Shown here: positions 28,698 through 39,216 of the stretch, one piece after another
Layout: the number at the start of each line of letters is the position of its first letter
Position numbering within the stretch: position 1 is the stretch's first letter
DNA from: Myxococcota bacterium
GTDB lineage: Bacteria; Myxococcota_A; Polyangia; Nannocystales; Nannocystaceae
Direction: 5' to 3'
Assembly (NCBI GenBank): GCA_039028615.1
Contig: JBCCHT010000033.1
Coordinates: 64,001 to 128,000 of the forward strand
Length of the DNA: 64,000 nucleotides
Notes under the pieces: generated by a model
The model's database searches: none
What the model was told of the DNA's origin: nothing
Seen by the model: only the letters and a program-made list of their open reading frames with translations
Translations under genes and position numbers: made by a program

Positions 28698-29593
28698 CCC
28701 GCCAGTTCACGGGCGAGGAAGTCGAAGACCGCCCGCAGCCGGGCGTTGCGTCGCACCTCCCGGGTCGTAGCCAGCCAGATCGGGAAGTCCGGTCGGATCT
28801 CGTCGCCGAGCACGGGCTCCAGGTCGGGCTGCTCTCGCGCCGCGGCGAGCGGAGCCAGGCCGATGCCGAGCCCCGCGCACAACAGGCTCCACGTGGTGAG
28901 CCGGTTGTCGCAGCGCATGGCGAAGTCCGAGCGCTGCAGCGGCAGCTTCTGTTTGGCCAAGAACTCGTAGAACACGTCGTCGTCCGCGGCCCCGATGAGC
29001 ACGTGAGACTTCAGATCCGCCACCGTGGACGGCCGCCCCTTCGCACGGAGGTAGGAGGCCGCGGCGAAGAGTCCGATCTCGAACCGACCGACCTTGCGCG
29101 CGACCAGCTGCGCTTGCTTCGGACGAAAGTTCCGGATGGCGAGGTCCGCTTCGCCCACGGCCAGCTTCGCGGCCCGATCCGAGGCGATGAGCTCGATCTC
29201 GATCTCGGGGTACACGTGCCGCAGCTTCACCAAGATGCGGGGCAACAACGCACTCGCCACCGCGACCCCGGCGGAGATCCGAACGACCCCCGCGAGGTCC
29301 TCGGGCTGCCCGGTCGCGGCATCGAGGAACTGGGTCTTGGCCGCGACGACCCGAGCCGCATACTCGAGCAACCGCGTGCCCGACTCCGACAGGTGCAGCC
29401 CGTCACGGTGACGCTCGAACAAGACCAGGCCGAGCTGTTCTTGGAGCGCGGAGATGTGGCGGCTCAGGGTGGCGATGCTGCGACCACCGTCAGCGGCGGC
29501 GGACAGCGACCCGGCCGACGCCACCGCGAAGAAGGACTCGACCAGTGCGAGGTTGAGCGGCTCGTCCTTCGTATTTTTCATTTTTGAAAACAC
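28694..29593 (-). CDS. LysR family transcriptional regulator
   Basis: GSLSAAA...TLSRHISALQEQLGLVLFER; alternative start at 29581. Confidence 0.92.
   Translation of the reverse strand: MFSKMKNTKDEPLNLALVESFFAVASAGSLSAAADGGRSIATLSRHISALQEQLGLVLFERHRDGLHLSESGTRLLEYAARVVAAKTQFLDAATGQPEDLAGVVRISAGVAVASALLPRILVKLRHVYPEIEIELIASDRAAKLAVGEADLAIRNFRPKQAQLVARKVGRFEIGLFAAASYLRAKGRPSTVADLKSHVLIGAADDDVFYEFLAKQKLPLQRSDFAMRCDNRLTTWSLLCAGLGIGLAPLAAAREQPDLEPVLGDEIRPDFPIWLATTREVRRNARLRAVFDFLARELAG
29575..29590. promoter_or_regulatory. Probable LysR binding site
   Basis: AT-rich inverted repeat TTTTCA-N4-TGAAAA at the 5' end of lysR, divergent from the MDR gene. Confidence 0.5.
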
Positions 29594-29657
29594 ATCTTGC
29601 TAATACGGATATATTTTATCACTTTCGGAACACCGATGCAGGGCGTAACCCAAAGCC

Positions 29658-30713
29658 ATGGCATCGAAGCCGCTCGGTGAAAACGCAGACCAGGGATACC
29701 GCCGCGTCGTCATCTCGAAGTACGGGGGCCCCGAGGTCCTGCAGCTGATTCACGAGCCCGCCCTGCCCGAGCCGGGGCCCGGCGAAGTCCGCATCCGGGT
29801 GCGGGCCACCTCGGTGGCCTTCACGGACACCCTCATCCGGCGTGGCCTCTATCCCGCCACGCGACGCCAGCCCATGCCGCTGACTCCCGGCTACGACGTC
29901 GTGGGAGTCATCGACGCCCGGGGTGAGGGCGCCACGCGATTCGCGGTGGGAGAGATGGTCGCCGACCTCACCGCCACAGGCGGATACGCGGAGTTCATCT
30001 GCCTGCCCGAGGACCGCCTGACCCCCGTTCCCGAGGGCGTCGATCCAGCCGAGGCGGTGGCGATGATCTTGAGTGGGATCACCGCCTATCAGATGCTGCA
30101 TCGCATCGCGCAAGTACAGCCGGGCCAGCGCGTGTTGATCCACGGCGCCGGAGGAGCGGTGGGATCGGCCCTGCTGCAGCTGGGCAAGTCGATGAACCTG
30201 ACCATGTTCGCGACCGCGTCAGCGTCCAAGCACGACCTGCTCACCGCCCAGGGCGCGGTGCCCATCGACTACACGCGCGAAAACGCCGAGGACGTCATCC
30301 GAGCCACGGGACAGGGGCTCGACGCGGCCTTCGACGCCACCACGGCCGGGAGCTTCCATCGTTCCTTCTCGCTCCTGCGACGCGGCGGCACCCTGGTCTG
30401 GTACGGCATGATGCTCGACCGCGTCCCCTTGTGGCGCAAGCTGCTGACGCCCTTGCTGCTCGGGTTGGTCATGGTACGCGGGCTCGTGTCCCCATCGAAG
30501 ATGCTGCGCTTCTACTCGATCGCAGCGCTCCGTAAAGCCCACCCCGACTGGTTCCGCGACGACCTCTCCGCGTTGCTGCAGCGGCTCGCCGAAGGGAAGG
30601 TGACCCCCGTCATCGAGCGCCGGATCGACTTGTCCGAGGTCCAGCAGGCACACCGCGACATCGAGGCCGCCCGGGTTCGCGGGAAGCTGGTGATCACCAT
30701 GAACGAGCCCTGA
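29658..30713 (+). CDS. Medium-chain dehydrogenase/reductase (quinone oxidoreductase-like)
   Basis: GGPEVL, PGYDVVG, HGAGGAVG, GKLVI. Confidence 0.9.
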   Translation: MASKPLGENADQGYRRVVISKYGGPEVLQLIHEPALPEPGPGEVRIRVRATSVAFTDTLIRRGLYPATRRQPMPLTPGYDVVGVIDARGEGATRFAVGEMVADLTATGGYAEFICLPEDRLTPVPEGVDPAEAVAMILSGITAYQMLHRIAQVQPGQRVLIHGAGGAVGSALLQLGKSMNLTMFATASASKHDLLTAQGAVPIDYTRENAEDVIRATGQGLDAAFDATTAGSFHRSFSLLRRGGTLVWYGMMLDRVPLWRKLLTPLLLGLVMVRGLVSPSKMLRFYSIAALRKAHPDWFRDDLSALLQRLAEGKVTPVIERRIDLSEVQQAHRDIEAARVRGKLVITMNEP

Positions 30714-30734
30714 ACCCAGGGCCCGAGTGCCGAG

Positions 30735-32144
30735 CTACAGGCCCCAGCTGAGGTACTTGACCTCCGTATACTCCTCCATCACCCAGCGCCCGCCTTCGCG
30801 GCCGATCCCCGACTGCTTGACGCCGCCGAAGGGTGCTCGTGCGGTGGAGACCGCGGCATCGTTGGCGCCGATGATGCCGTACTCGAGGCCCTCGGAGACC
30901 CGCCACACCCGGCTCGCGTCGCGCGTATAGAAGTACGCGGCGAGCCCATAGTCGGTGTCGTTGGCCAGCGCGATGGCCTCGGCCTCAGTCTCGAACGCCC
31001 GCAAGCCGACGACGGGACCAAAGGTCTCCTCGCGGCTGATCAGCATCGACGCGTCGACGCCGTCGAGGATGGTGGGGCGGACGAAGCGTTCGGTGAGCTC
31101 GGGCGTGGGCCGCACCACATCGCCCCCGCAGCGCAGGGTGGCGCCGCGCTGCCGCGCGTCGGCGAGGTGGCGGCGAACCTTGGCGACCCCGGCGTCGTCG
31201 ATCAGCGGACCGGCGGTGACCCCCTCGGTGAGCCCGTGCCCCAGGCGCATGGCCGACAGCGCGGCCTCCAAGCGGGCGGCAAAGGCCTCGTAGACGCCCT
31301 TTTGCACGAAGAAGCGGTTGGGGCAGATGCAGGTCTGCCCCATGTTGCGGAACTTGCTGGCGATGGCCCCCGCCACGGCGGCATCGAGATCCGCGTCGTC
31401 GAACACGATGAAGGGGGCATGCCCGCCGAGCTCGAGCGAGACCCGGAGCACGCGCTGGGCTGCCTTGGCGGCGAGCAACTTGCCGACCTCGGTCGACCCG
31501 GTGAACGAGAGCTTGCGAAGGGCCGGGTGCGCGAGCAGGCCATCGGCGATCGGCTCGGGCTCGCCCGTCACCACCCCGAACACCCCCGGGGGCACGCCCG
31601 CGTCGGCGGCTCGCTCGGCCAGGGCCAACGCGGTGAGCGGGGTCTGCTCGGCCGGCTTGACCACCATGGTGCAGCCCACGGCCAGCGCCGGCCCGAGCTT
31701 GCGGGTGATCATCGCGGCGGGAAAGTTCCACGGGGTGATGGCCGCGGTCACGCCCACCGGCTGCCGCGTCACGACGATCCGCTTGTCGGCCGCGGCCGCG
31801 GGTACGACCTCGCCGTGCAGGCGCTTGGCGTCCTCGGCCGCCCACTCGATGAACGAAGCGGCATAGGCCACTTCCCCTTGCGCTTCGGCCAGCGGCTTGC
31901 CCTGCTCCCGCGTCATCAGGGTGGCGAGGGCGTCTCGGTCCGCGAGCATGCGGTCGGCCAAGCGCCGCAGGATCGTGGCGCGATCGTCCACGCTCCGGGC
32001 CCGCCAGGCAGGCAGAGCCTCGGCCGCGGCATCCACCGCAGCGTGGGCCTCCGCCCGGCCCTGCGCGGGTGCGCGCCCCACCTCCTCGTCGGTGGCGGGG
32101 TCGCGGACGATCAGCTCACCGTCGGCCAGCTCGAGCGTTTTCAT
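30735..32144 (-). CDS. gabD: NAD(P)-dependent succinate-semialdehyde dehydrogenase
   Basis: ITPWNFPAAMITRK, FTGSTEVG, LELGGHAPF, FRNMGQTCIC, EETFGP, GGVKQSGIGREG. Confidence 0.88.
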   Translation of the reverse strand: MKTLELADGELIVRDPATDEEVGRAPAQGRAEAHAAVDAAAEALPAWRARSVDDRATILRRLADRMLADRDALATLMTREQGKPLAEAQGEVAYAASFIEWAAEDAKRLHGEVVPAAAADKRIVVTRQPVGVTAAITPWNFPAAMITRKLGPALAVGCTMVVKPAEQTPLTALALAERAADAGVPPGVFGVVTGEPEPIADGLLAHPALRKLSFTGSTEVGKLLAAKAAQRVLRVSLELGGHAPFIVFDDADLDAAVAGAIASKFRNMGQTCICPNRFFVQKGVYEAFAARLEAALSAMRLGHGLTEGVTAGPLIDDAGVAKVRRHLADARQRGATLRCGGDVVRPTPELTERFVRPTILDGVDASMLISREETFGPVVGLRAFETEAEAIALANDTDYGLAAYFYTRDASRVWRVSEGLEYGIIGANDAAVSTARAPFGGVKQSGIGREGGRWVMEEYTEVKYLSWGL

Positions 32145-32165
32145 GGGTCTCGAGCCGGTCGGGAC

Positions 32166-33194
32166 TCAGGACTCGGGGGTCGCCTCGGCGGCTTCGGGAG
32201 CCGGCGCGGGGTCGGCCGCAGGCTCGGCGCCCTCTTCCACGCACTCGCCCATGCCCACGTAGTCGGGATCGCAGGGGTCGTCGATGGCCTGCACCTCGGG
32301 CTCGCTCTGCGCGGGCGCGGGCGCGACGTCTTGCTTGCCGCCCTTGCTCCACTCGGACTCGATCTCGATCAAGATCGTCGTCTGGCCCACGATCTCGTTG
32401 TTGATCTTGCGCTCGAGCGAGATGGGGTAGCCGCCGCTGGCGGAGAAGTTCGCCGTGGTCTCGACGTTCTGGTTGGCGGCGATCTCTTGCTCGCCGACCT
32501 TGCGCTTGGACTTGATGTCCGACAGGAAGCTCAGCTTGGCCACGTCCTCGCCGGCCTCGTTGCGGGCCATGCCCTCGAGCGTGCCCTTGCTCGAGGAGGA
32601 GAGGACCTCGGTGCCCTCGTCGTCGTCATCGTCGCGAGAGGCGTCCCAGGACTCGCCGCTGTCGACGTTCTCGTCGGGCAGGCTCACCGCCAGACCGGCC
32701 GTGAGCGCGGTGGTGATGAGACCGATGGCCGAGGCCACGGTCTGCGGCGCCCCCTCGGGCGGCTCGGGCGTGTTGCTCACCTTGCCCTGCGGGCTGAGGT
32801 TGAAGCGCATCTCCATCCCGTTGAGCGCGGTGGCGGCGTTGGGGTCCATGCCCGTGGCGCCGGCCGGGATGCCGTCGGGCGTCCGCACCGTCATCTCGAT
32901 GTCCTTGATGGTGGCGCGCACCAGCTTGCCGCCGTCCTCCTCCTTCGCGGCCACGACCAGCTGCGTGTTGAACTTGAGGTTGGTCGCGATGTCCCCCATC
33001 GGCGTCTGGATGGTGGTCCGCATCTGGATGCTGCCGCCGTACTCCTGTCCGGGCGTGAGGTCGTAGCGCAGGCTCACTCCGGCCTCGGGCACCTCGACCT
33101 CGGTGAGTTTCCCGTTCTTGTTGCAGCCGGTCCCGAAGGGCAGCGCGAGGGCGACGGCCAAGGCGAGCGGAGAGGCCATTGTGCGGACGAGCAT
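32166..33194 (-). CDS. Hypothetical lipoprotein (DUF6263-like beta-rich)
   Basis: Lipobox GTGC; LRYDLTPG and LPDENVDSGESW motifs. Confidence 0.6.
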   Translation of the reverse strand: MLVRTMASPLALAVALALPFGTGCNKNGKLTEVEVPEAGVSLRYDLTPGQEYGGSIQMRTTIQTPMGDIATNLKFNTQLVVAAKEEDGGKLVRATIKDIEMTVRTPDGIPAGATGMDPNAATALNGMEMRFNLSPQGKVSNTPEPPEGAPQTVASAIGLITTALTAGLAVSLPDENVDSGESWDASRDDDDDEGTEVLSSSSKGTLEGMARNEAGEDVAKLSFLSDIKSKRKVGEQEIAANQNVETTANFSASGGYPISLERKINNEIVGQTTILIEIESEWSKGGKQDVAPAPAQSEPEVQAIDDPCDPDYVGMGECVEEGAEPAADPAPAPEAAEATPES

Positions 33195-33388
33195 GGGCGC
33201 GTTTTATGCCAGTGCGCCCGCGACCGTCCATGCGCGTTCGCATCTGTGACCCACAAATGTGACCCAACGAGGCTCGATCCAGGCCAGTCCCCGTCGACCG
33301 CGTCGATACGGGTCCACGATGAAGCGCTCCCCGGGCGTAGGTCGCGCTGGCCGAGCCCTCTCACCCCCTGCCCGGGGCGTTGTCCCGG

Positions 33389-34816
33389 TTACTTCGCCGC
33401 GCCGAACAGGTAGTCCACCGCGAGGTGGCTCATGGCCCGAACCCCGATCTGCAGCGCTCCTTCGTCGGCGAAGAACTTCGGGGAGTGATTGCTGGGCGCC
33501 TCGCCGACCGGGGTGGTGGGCGGCACGATGCCCAGGAAGAAGAAGACCCCGGGGATCTCCTGCTGGTAGTAGGCGAAGTCCTCCGCGCCCAGCACCATCG
33601 AGCGCTCCCGCAGGTGCTCCGCCCCGGCCACGCGTCGCAGGGTGGGCAGCATGGCGTCGAGCAGCGCGGGGTCGTTGATCACCACCGGGTAGCCGCGCTC
33701 GATGGTCACCGTGGCCTCGGCCCCCGCCGCCGCGGCGAGGTGCGTGGCCGTCTGTTCGATCTGTCGGTGGATCTGATCGCGGACGTCGGCGTCGAAGGTT
33801 CGGATGGTCCCGACCAGCTCGACCTCGTCGGGGATGATGTTGCTGCGCACGCCTCCGTGGATGCTGCCCACCGAGACCACCGAGGCGGTCTTGGTCACGT
33901 CGAGCTGCCGCGACACGATGGTCTGCATGGCCAGTACGATCTGCGCGGACACAGTGATCGGGTCGACCCCCTTCCAGGGGTAGGCCCCGTGGGTCTGGCG
34001 GCCCTTCACCACGATCGTCATGCGATCCGAGCTCGCCATGGCCGGGCCCGACCGATAGAGCACGTCACCGACCGGCTCGGTGACCACGTGCAAACCGAAG
34101 ATCGCCTCGGGGGTGGGGTTGGACAGCGCACCTTCGGCCACCATCAGCTCGGCGCCGCCCTCCTCGCCCGGCGGGGCCCCCTCTTCGGCCGGCTGAAACA
34201 GCAACTTCACCGTCCCCGGCAGCTCTTCGCGCAGCTGCGGCAGCAGCTCGGCCACGCCCATCACGATGGCCATGTGCAGGTCGTGACCGCAGGCGTGCAT
34301 GACCGGGGCCTGCTCACCCCGCCACGACGCGGTCTGAGTCGAGGCGAAGGGCACGTCGACCTGTTCTTTGACCGGCAGCGCGTCCATCTCGGCCCGCAGC
34401 GCGACCACGGGGCCCGGCTTGCCGCCCTCGAGCACCGCGACCAGTCCGGTATGGGCGACTTCTCGACGCACCGTCCAGCCGTGCTTTTCGAGGTGCGCGG
34501 CGATCACCGTGGCCGTCCGATGCTCTCGGTTACCCAGCTCGGGGTGCTGGTGTAGGTCGCGGCGATACTCGATCACCGCGGGCACGAGCCCGGCCGCGAG
34601 CTCGTCGATCTTCGCCGCGAGCGGACTCGCCCCCACGGACCCCGTGAGACTGACGGGTGAGCCCTGCGGCGCCTTCGCCCGCGAAGACTCGGCGCTCGGC
34701 GGCGCCTCCAGGGGAGGCGGGGCCGACTCGGCGGGCGGCGGAATCGCAGCGGGCGCGGTCGCCCGGCAGGACAGTGCACCCAGGGCGAAGAGCGGACCGA
34801 GCAGGAGACCTCGCAT
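33389..34816 (-). CDS. M20D amidohydrolase with lipoprotein signal
   Basis: RRDLHQHPELG, ALRAEMDALP, MHACGHD, FQPAEEG, AEDF, NHSP; lipobox ALSC. Confidence 0.92.
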   Translation of the reverse strand: MRGLLLGPLFALGALSCRATAPAAIPPPAESAPPPLEAPPSAESSRAKAPQGSPVSLTGSVGASPLAAKIDELAAGLVPAVIEYRRDLHQHPELGNREHRTATVIAAHLEKHGWTVRREVAHTGLVAVLEGGKPGPVVALRAEMDALPVKEQVDVPFASTQTASWRGEQAPVMHACGHDLHMAIVMGVAELLPQLREELPGTVKLLFQPAEEGAPPGEEGGAELMVAEGALSNPTPEAIFGLHVVTEPVGDVLYRSGPAMASSDRMTIVVKGRQTHGAYPWKGVDPITVSAQIVLAMQTIVSRQLDVTKTASVVSVGSIHGGVRSNIIPDEVELVGTIRTFDADVRDQIHRQIEQTATHLAAAAGAEATVTIERGYPVVINDPALLDAMLPTLRRVAGAEHLRERSMVLGAEDFAYYQQEIPGVFFFLGIVPPTTPVGEAPSNHSPKFFADEGALQIGVRAMSHLAVDYLFGAAK

Positions 34817-35031
34817 CGCGGCCAAGCATACGCCCTCTGCCCCCGAGGCCGACAACGGGCCGCCCGCGCGCCACGGTGGTCGATTTTTTTCGATCACCCG
34901 CAATCTTCCGCTGGACCTCGGGCACTCCCCCACCGATTCACCGCGCTCTCGCGACCCGAGGACCACGTTCGTGCCCCACCCTACGCACCACGACTCGCCA
35001 CGCTGCCATCGATGTGTTGAGATCGACCGCA

Positions 35032-35640
35032 ATGGTCGAGGACACGGCGCTCATCGAGGCCTTCCGAGCGGGAGACCGGAACGCCGGAGCAAAACTCTTC
35101 GATCGCTACTACGCCTCGGTCGCCCGCTTCTTTCGCAACAAGGTGGGGCCCCAAGAGGCCAACGACCTGATCCAGAACACGTTCTTGGCCTGCTTCGAAG
35201 GCCTCGACCGCATGCGCACCACCAACTTTCGCAGCTACGTGTTCGCCGTGGGCTGCAACCTGCTGCGCAAGCACTTCCGAACCAAGCGCCGCCACCCGGT
35301 GGACTTCGGCACGGTGAGCGTGTTCGACATCGACCCCTCGCCCAGCTCCGTGATGGCCGAGAGCGAGCGCCAGCAGCACCTGCTCGAGGCCCTGCGCCGC
35401 ATCCCCATCGATCACCAGGTCGTGCTCGAGCTGTTCTATTGGGAGTCGATGACGGCGGCGGAGATCTCCGAGGTCATCGAGGTCCCAGTGGGCACGGTCA
35501 AGACCCGAATCCGGCGCGCCCGACAGCTGCTGCAGGAAAAGATGGTGGTGGTGGCGAACGATGGGCCGGCAGCGCAGTGCTCGGTGGAGGACCTCGATGA
35601 TTGGGCGGGCGCATTGCGACAGCAGATGGAGTCGACGTGA
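35032..35640 (+). CDS. ECF sigma factor (kinase-associated)
   Basis: DLIQNTFLAC, FRSYVF, LELFYWE...VGTVKTRIRRAR. Confidence 0.9.
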   Translation: MVEDTALIEAFRAGDRNAGAKLFDRYYASVARFFRNKVGPQEANDLIQNTFLACFEGLDRMRTTNFRSYVFAVGCNLLRKHFRTKRRHPVDFGTVSVFDIDPSPSSVMAESERQQHLLEALRRIPIDHQVVLELFYWESMTAAEISEVIEVPVGTVKTRIRRARQLLQEKMVVVANDGPAAQCSVEDLDDWAGALRQQMEST

Positions 35641-35662
35641 GCCCGCCGGGGATCGGTTGACG

Positions 35663-38545
35663 ATGACTTCCTCCCCCACGCCACGAGACCTCGAGCTGCC
35701 CATCCCCGACGGGCCGGCGATCGACCCCGCCCGCGACCGCCTGCGCGCACAGCTGTTTGGGACGCCGTCGTCGCCGACCCGGGTCGGTCGCTTCGTGGTG
35801 CTGCGAGAGTTGGGGGCCGGCGGCATGGGGCGGGTCTACGCCGCCTACGACGAGAAGCTCGACCGCAAGGTCGCGGTGAAGGTGCTGCACCAAGACGTCG
35901 CCTCGCGGCCGGGCAATCGGCAGCGCCTGCTTCGCGAGGCCCAGGCGCTGGCTCGGCTCTCGCACCCCAACGTGGTGGTGCTGTACGAGGTCGGTGAGAT
36001 CGACGAGCAGATCTTCTTGGCCATGGAGCTGGTGACCGGCCAGACCCTTCGCCAGTGGCAAACGGCGACCGAGCGCACGTGGCGAGAGACGCTGGTGCTG
36101 TACCTCGACGCGGGCCGGGGGCTGGCCGCCGCCCATGCGGCGGGGCTGGTCCATCGCGACTTCAAGCCGGACAACGTGCTGGTGGGTGACGACGGTCGCG
36201 TGCGCGTGGCCGACTTCGGGCTCGCCTTCGCCGACAACACCGCCTCGACCCTCCCCATCGGGACGGAGGTGGGCGCGCTCGATGCAACGCCGCCGTGCGA
36301 AGCGATCAGCGAACGCATCACGCGAACCGGTGCGCGCCTGGGTACCCCCGCCTATATGGCGCTCGAGCAGCTGCGCGGGCAGGCCACCGACGCCCGCACC
36401 GACCAATACAGCTTCTGCGTTTCGCTGTTCGAGGCCCTGGTCGGCGAGCACCCCTACGGGGGCGCCTCCGCCACGCAGCTGCTGACCCGAATGCTCGCGG
36501 GACGACGTCGACCCGTGCCCCGCAATCGGGTGCCCCGGGGCATCCTCGCCGTGCTCGAGCGCGGGCTCTCGCTCGAGCCGGGCGACCGCCACCCCACCAT
36601 GGACAGCCTGCTCACCGCGCTCGGTCGGCGCCTGCATCGGCGCCGACGCGGGGGGGCGCTCGCGGTCGCGGGCGGGCTGTGTGGCGCGGGTCTGCTGGCG
36701 CGAGGCAGCACGCCGCCGCCGTGTGCCGCGGCGGGCTCGGAGATCGGCGAGACCTGGAACGAGTCCCACGCCGACGCCCTGCACGAAGCCTTCGTCGCCA
36801 CCGGTCGCTCCTTCGCCGAGACGACCTGGCAGTCGACCACCCAGAGCCTCGATGCCTACGCCCGACGCTGGCGAGATGCTCAGGCGGACGCATGCGAGGC
36901 CACGCACGTCCGCCAAGAGCAATCGAGCGCGGCTCTCGATCTGCGCGGCGCCTGCCTCGACCAACGGCGGCGCGAGCTGGGTGCGCTGGTCGATGCCTTG
37001 GCCCAAGCCGATGCCACCGCGGTCGATTACGCCCACGAGGCCGTCGCCGACCTGCCCGGTCTGGACCGCTGTAGCGACCTCGACGCGCTCCGCAACCGCA
37101 TCGCGCCTCCCGAGGCCGAGGACGCGGCCGAAGTGGAGTCGATTCGCGAGGGCCTGGCCCATGCCCGCTCGGCGCTGGCGCTGGGCCAGCTCGAAGCCTC
37201 GGCGCAGCGGCTGGAGCCCCTGGTCGAGCGCGCCCGCGCCACCGCCTATGGCCCCCTACTCGCCGAGACGCTCTCCACCCAGGGTCAGGTCTGGGGCTGG
37301 CAAGGCCGGCTCGAAGCCGCCGAAGGTCGCTTGCTGGAGTCGCTCGATCTGGCCGAGGCCCATCACCACGACGAGCTCGCCGCCCACGCCTGGCAGCACC
37401 TGGGATGGCTGGCGCTCGACCGGCTTCGCGATCCGGTGCGAGGCCGGGGCTGGCTGCGTCGAGCCCGAGCCGCCATGCTGCGCGTCGGTCGGCCCCCGGG
37501 GCTCGAGGCCGATCTGCTCCAGCACGAAGGCCTGCTCTACCGCGTCGAACAACGCCTCGACGAAGCCGAGGCCGCCCAGCGCGAGGCCCTCGACCTCCGC
37601 CGCGAGCACCGAGGAGACACCCACGCCAAGGTCATCAGCTCGCGCGTGAGCCTGGCGAACCTGATGGCCACGCGAGGCGAGCTGCAGCCCGCTCGAGACG
37701 AGTACGTCGCGCTCATCGAGCAGCAGCAGCGCACGCTCGGCCCCGAGCACCCCGACGTCGGACGCCTGCGCTTCAACGTGGCGCGCGTCGAGCTCGACCT
37801 GGGGCTCCACGAGGCGGCGGCCAAGAACCTCGATGCCGCGGTGTCGATCTACGGCGAGGTCTACGGCCTCGACTCGTCGCGCTTGGTGGAGGTCTTGCTG
37901 CTGCGCTCGCTCGTCGAAGACCGACGGGGGCAGCTCGCGGCCGCGCTGCACTGGATCGGCCGCGCGCGGGCCATCGCGGAGCAGAGCACCGACCAACAGC
38001 CCACGCTGGCCTCCATCCTCACCATGACCGGGACCCTCGAGTACCGACAGGGTCACTGGGATCGCGCGCTCGAGTCCTTCCAGCGCGCGCTCGGGCTGCT
38101 CGAAGAGCAGCCCGAGCCGAGCCCCTTCGAGCTGGCCGCCGCGCGCTCCAATGTGGGCGACGCCCTGCTCGAGCTGGACCGCAGCGCCGAGTCCCTGCCC
38201 TACCACCAGCGCGCCCTGGACTCGATGCGGCGGGCCCTCCCCCCCGATCACCCGCACCTGGCCTATCCGCTACGGGGCATCGGCCAGGCCCACGTGCTGC
38301 AAGGGCACCCGGCGCAGGCCACCGACCCCCTGCGCACGGCCCTTTCGATCTTCGAGGCCAACCCGGGCAACCCGACGGACATGGCCACCACGAAGTGGTG
38401 GCTGGCCCGCGCGCTGGCCTCCACCGATCCCACCTCCGCCCTCGACCTCGCTCGGCAGGCCCGGGCCACCCTCTCCCAGCAGCATCAAAACGCCTTGGCC
38501 ACCACCATCGACACTTGGATCGCCGACACGGAAGCCTCTCCATGA
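35663..38545 (+). CDS. Ser/Thr protein kinase with TM helix and TPR repeats
   Basis: GAGGMG, VAVK, HRDFKPDN, DFG, GTPAYMALE; TPR (LGPEHPDV, LPPDHPHLA). Confidence 0.93.
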   Translation: MTSSPTPRDLELPIPDGPAIDPARDRLRAQLFGTPSSPTRVGRFVVLRELGAGGMGRVYAAYDEKLDRKVAVKVLHQDVASRPGNRQRLLREAQALARLSHPNVVVLYEVGEIDEQIFLAMELVTGQTLRQWQTATERTWRETLVLYLDAGRGLAAAHAAGLVHRDFKPDNVLVGDDGRVRVADFGLAFADNTASTLPIGTEVGALDATPPCEAISERITRTGARLGTPAYMALEQLRGQATDARTDQYSFCVSLFEALVGEHPYGGASATQLLTRMLAGRRRPVPRNRVPRGILAVLERGLSLEPGDRHPTMDSLLTALGRRLHRRRRGGALAVAGGLCGAGLLARGSTPPPCAAAGSEIGETWNESHADALHEAFVATGRSFAETTWQSTTQSLDAYARRWRDAQADACEATHVRQEQSSAALDLRGACLDQRRRELGALVDALAQADATAVDYAHEAVADLPGLDRCSDLDALRNRIAPPEAEDAAEVESIREGLAHARSALALGQLEASAQRLEPLVERARATAYGPLLAETLSTQGQVWGWQGRLEAAEGRLLESLDLAEAHHHDELAAHAWQHLGWLALDRLRDPVRGRGWLRRARAAMLRVGRPPGLEADLLQHEGLLYRVEQRLDEAEAAQREALDLRREHRGDTHAKVISSRVSLANLMATRGELQPARDEYVALIEQQQRTLGPEHPDVGRLRFNVARVELDLGLHEAAAKNLDAAVSIYGEVYGLDSSRLVEVLLLRSLVEDRRGQLAAALHWIGRARAIAEQSTDQQPTLASILTMTGTLEYRQGHWDRALESFQRALGLLEEQPEPSPFELAAARSNVGDALLELDRSAESLPYHQRALDSMRRALPPDHPHLAYPLRGIGQAHVLQGHPAQATDPLRTALSIFEANPGNPTDMATTKWWLARALASTDPTSALDLARQARATLSQQHQNALATTIDTWIADTEASP

Positions 38546-39111
38546 CCCACCGCCTTCGCTCCTTCGCCTCCGCCCTGTTCTCGCTCGCCGCCCTCGGCTG
38601 CGGGCCGACCCCGAGCGCCACGCAGTGCCCCGAACCGGCGGCGGCCGCCGAGGCTGCTCCGGCCCCTCACCAGATCCCCAGCCGCGACAACGCGCTGCAG
38701 ATCAGCGACGAGTCGATGGTCATGCTCACCCCTCGCGTCAGCGTGAACGCGGGGGAGCATGTGCTCAGCCTCTATCATGGCGGTGGAGACCTCGCGCAGT
38801 CGCTCGAGAACCAGCTGAGCACCATCGAGGAGTTCGCGGTGCAGGTCGCCGACTTCGAGCACGAAGGCCAACGCTTTCGCACCACGGTGATGACGGTGAA
38901 GTCCGACGGCACCGTCGAAGCGTGGGCCCGCAACGAGGAGGACACGGGCTGCGTCTCGCCGATGCTCGCCGCCCCGGCCGAGGGCTCGAGCGAAGTGCGA
39001 GAGATCTCATTCGTGGTGCTGGCCGTCGATCTCGACTCACATCTGGTGATCGCCGACCCCTACCCGTTGGTCTACGTCCCGCCGATGGCCCCGCCCACGC
39101 GCCGCGGATGA
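38542..39111 (+). CDS. Hypothetical lipoprotein
   Basis: ATGA overlap with the kinase stop; lipobox ALGC. Confidence 0.6.
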   Translation: MTHRLRSFASALFSLAALGCGPTPSATQCPEPAAAAEAAPAPHQIPSRDNALQISDESMVMLTPRVSVNAGEHVLSLYHGGGDLAQSLENQLSTIEEFAVQVADFEHEGQRFRTTVMTVKSDGTVEAWARNEEDTGCVSPMLAAPAEGSSEVREISFVVLAVDLDSHLVIADPYPLVYVPPMAPPTRRG

Positions 39112-39117
39112 GCGGGC

Positions 39118-39154
39118 AAAACAAAAGCGGCACCGCCGGAAACGAGCGTGCCGC
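39118..39154 (-). terminator. Rho-independent terminator of erpA/iscA
   Basis: GCGGCAC/GTGCCGC stem with TTTTGTTTT tail on the minus strand. Confidence 0.75.
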
Positions 39155-39216
39155 CTGAAATGCCGACCGGCTCGACCCACGATGCCGGGCCGAGTCGCCG
39201 ATGTGCGGAGCCGCAG

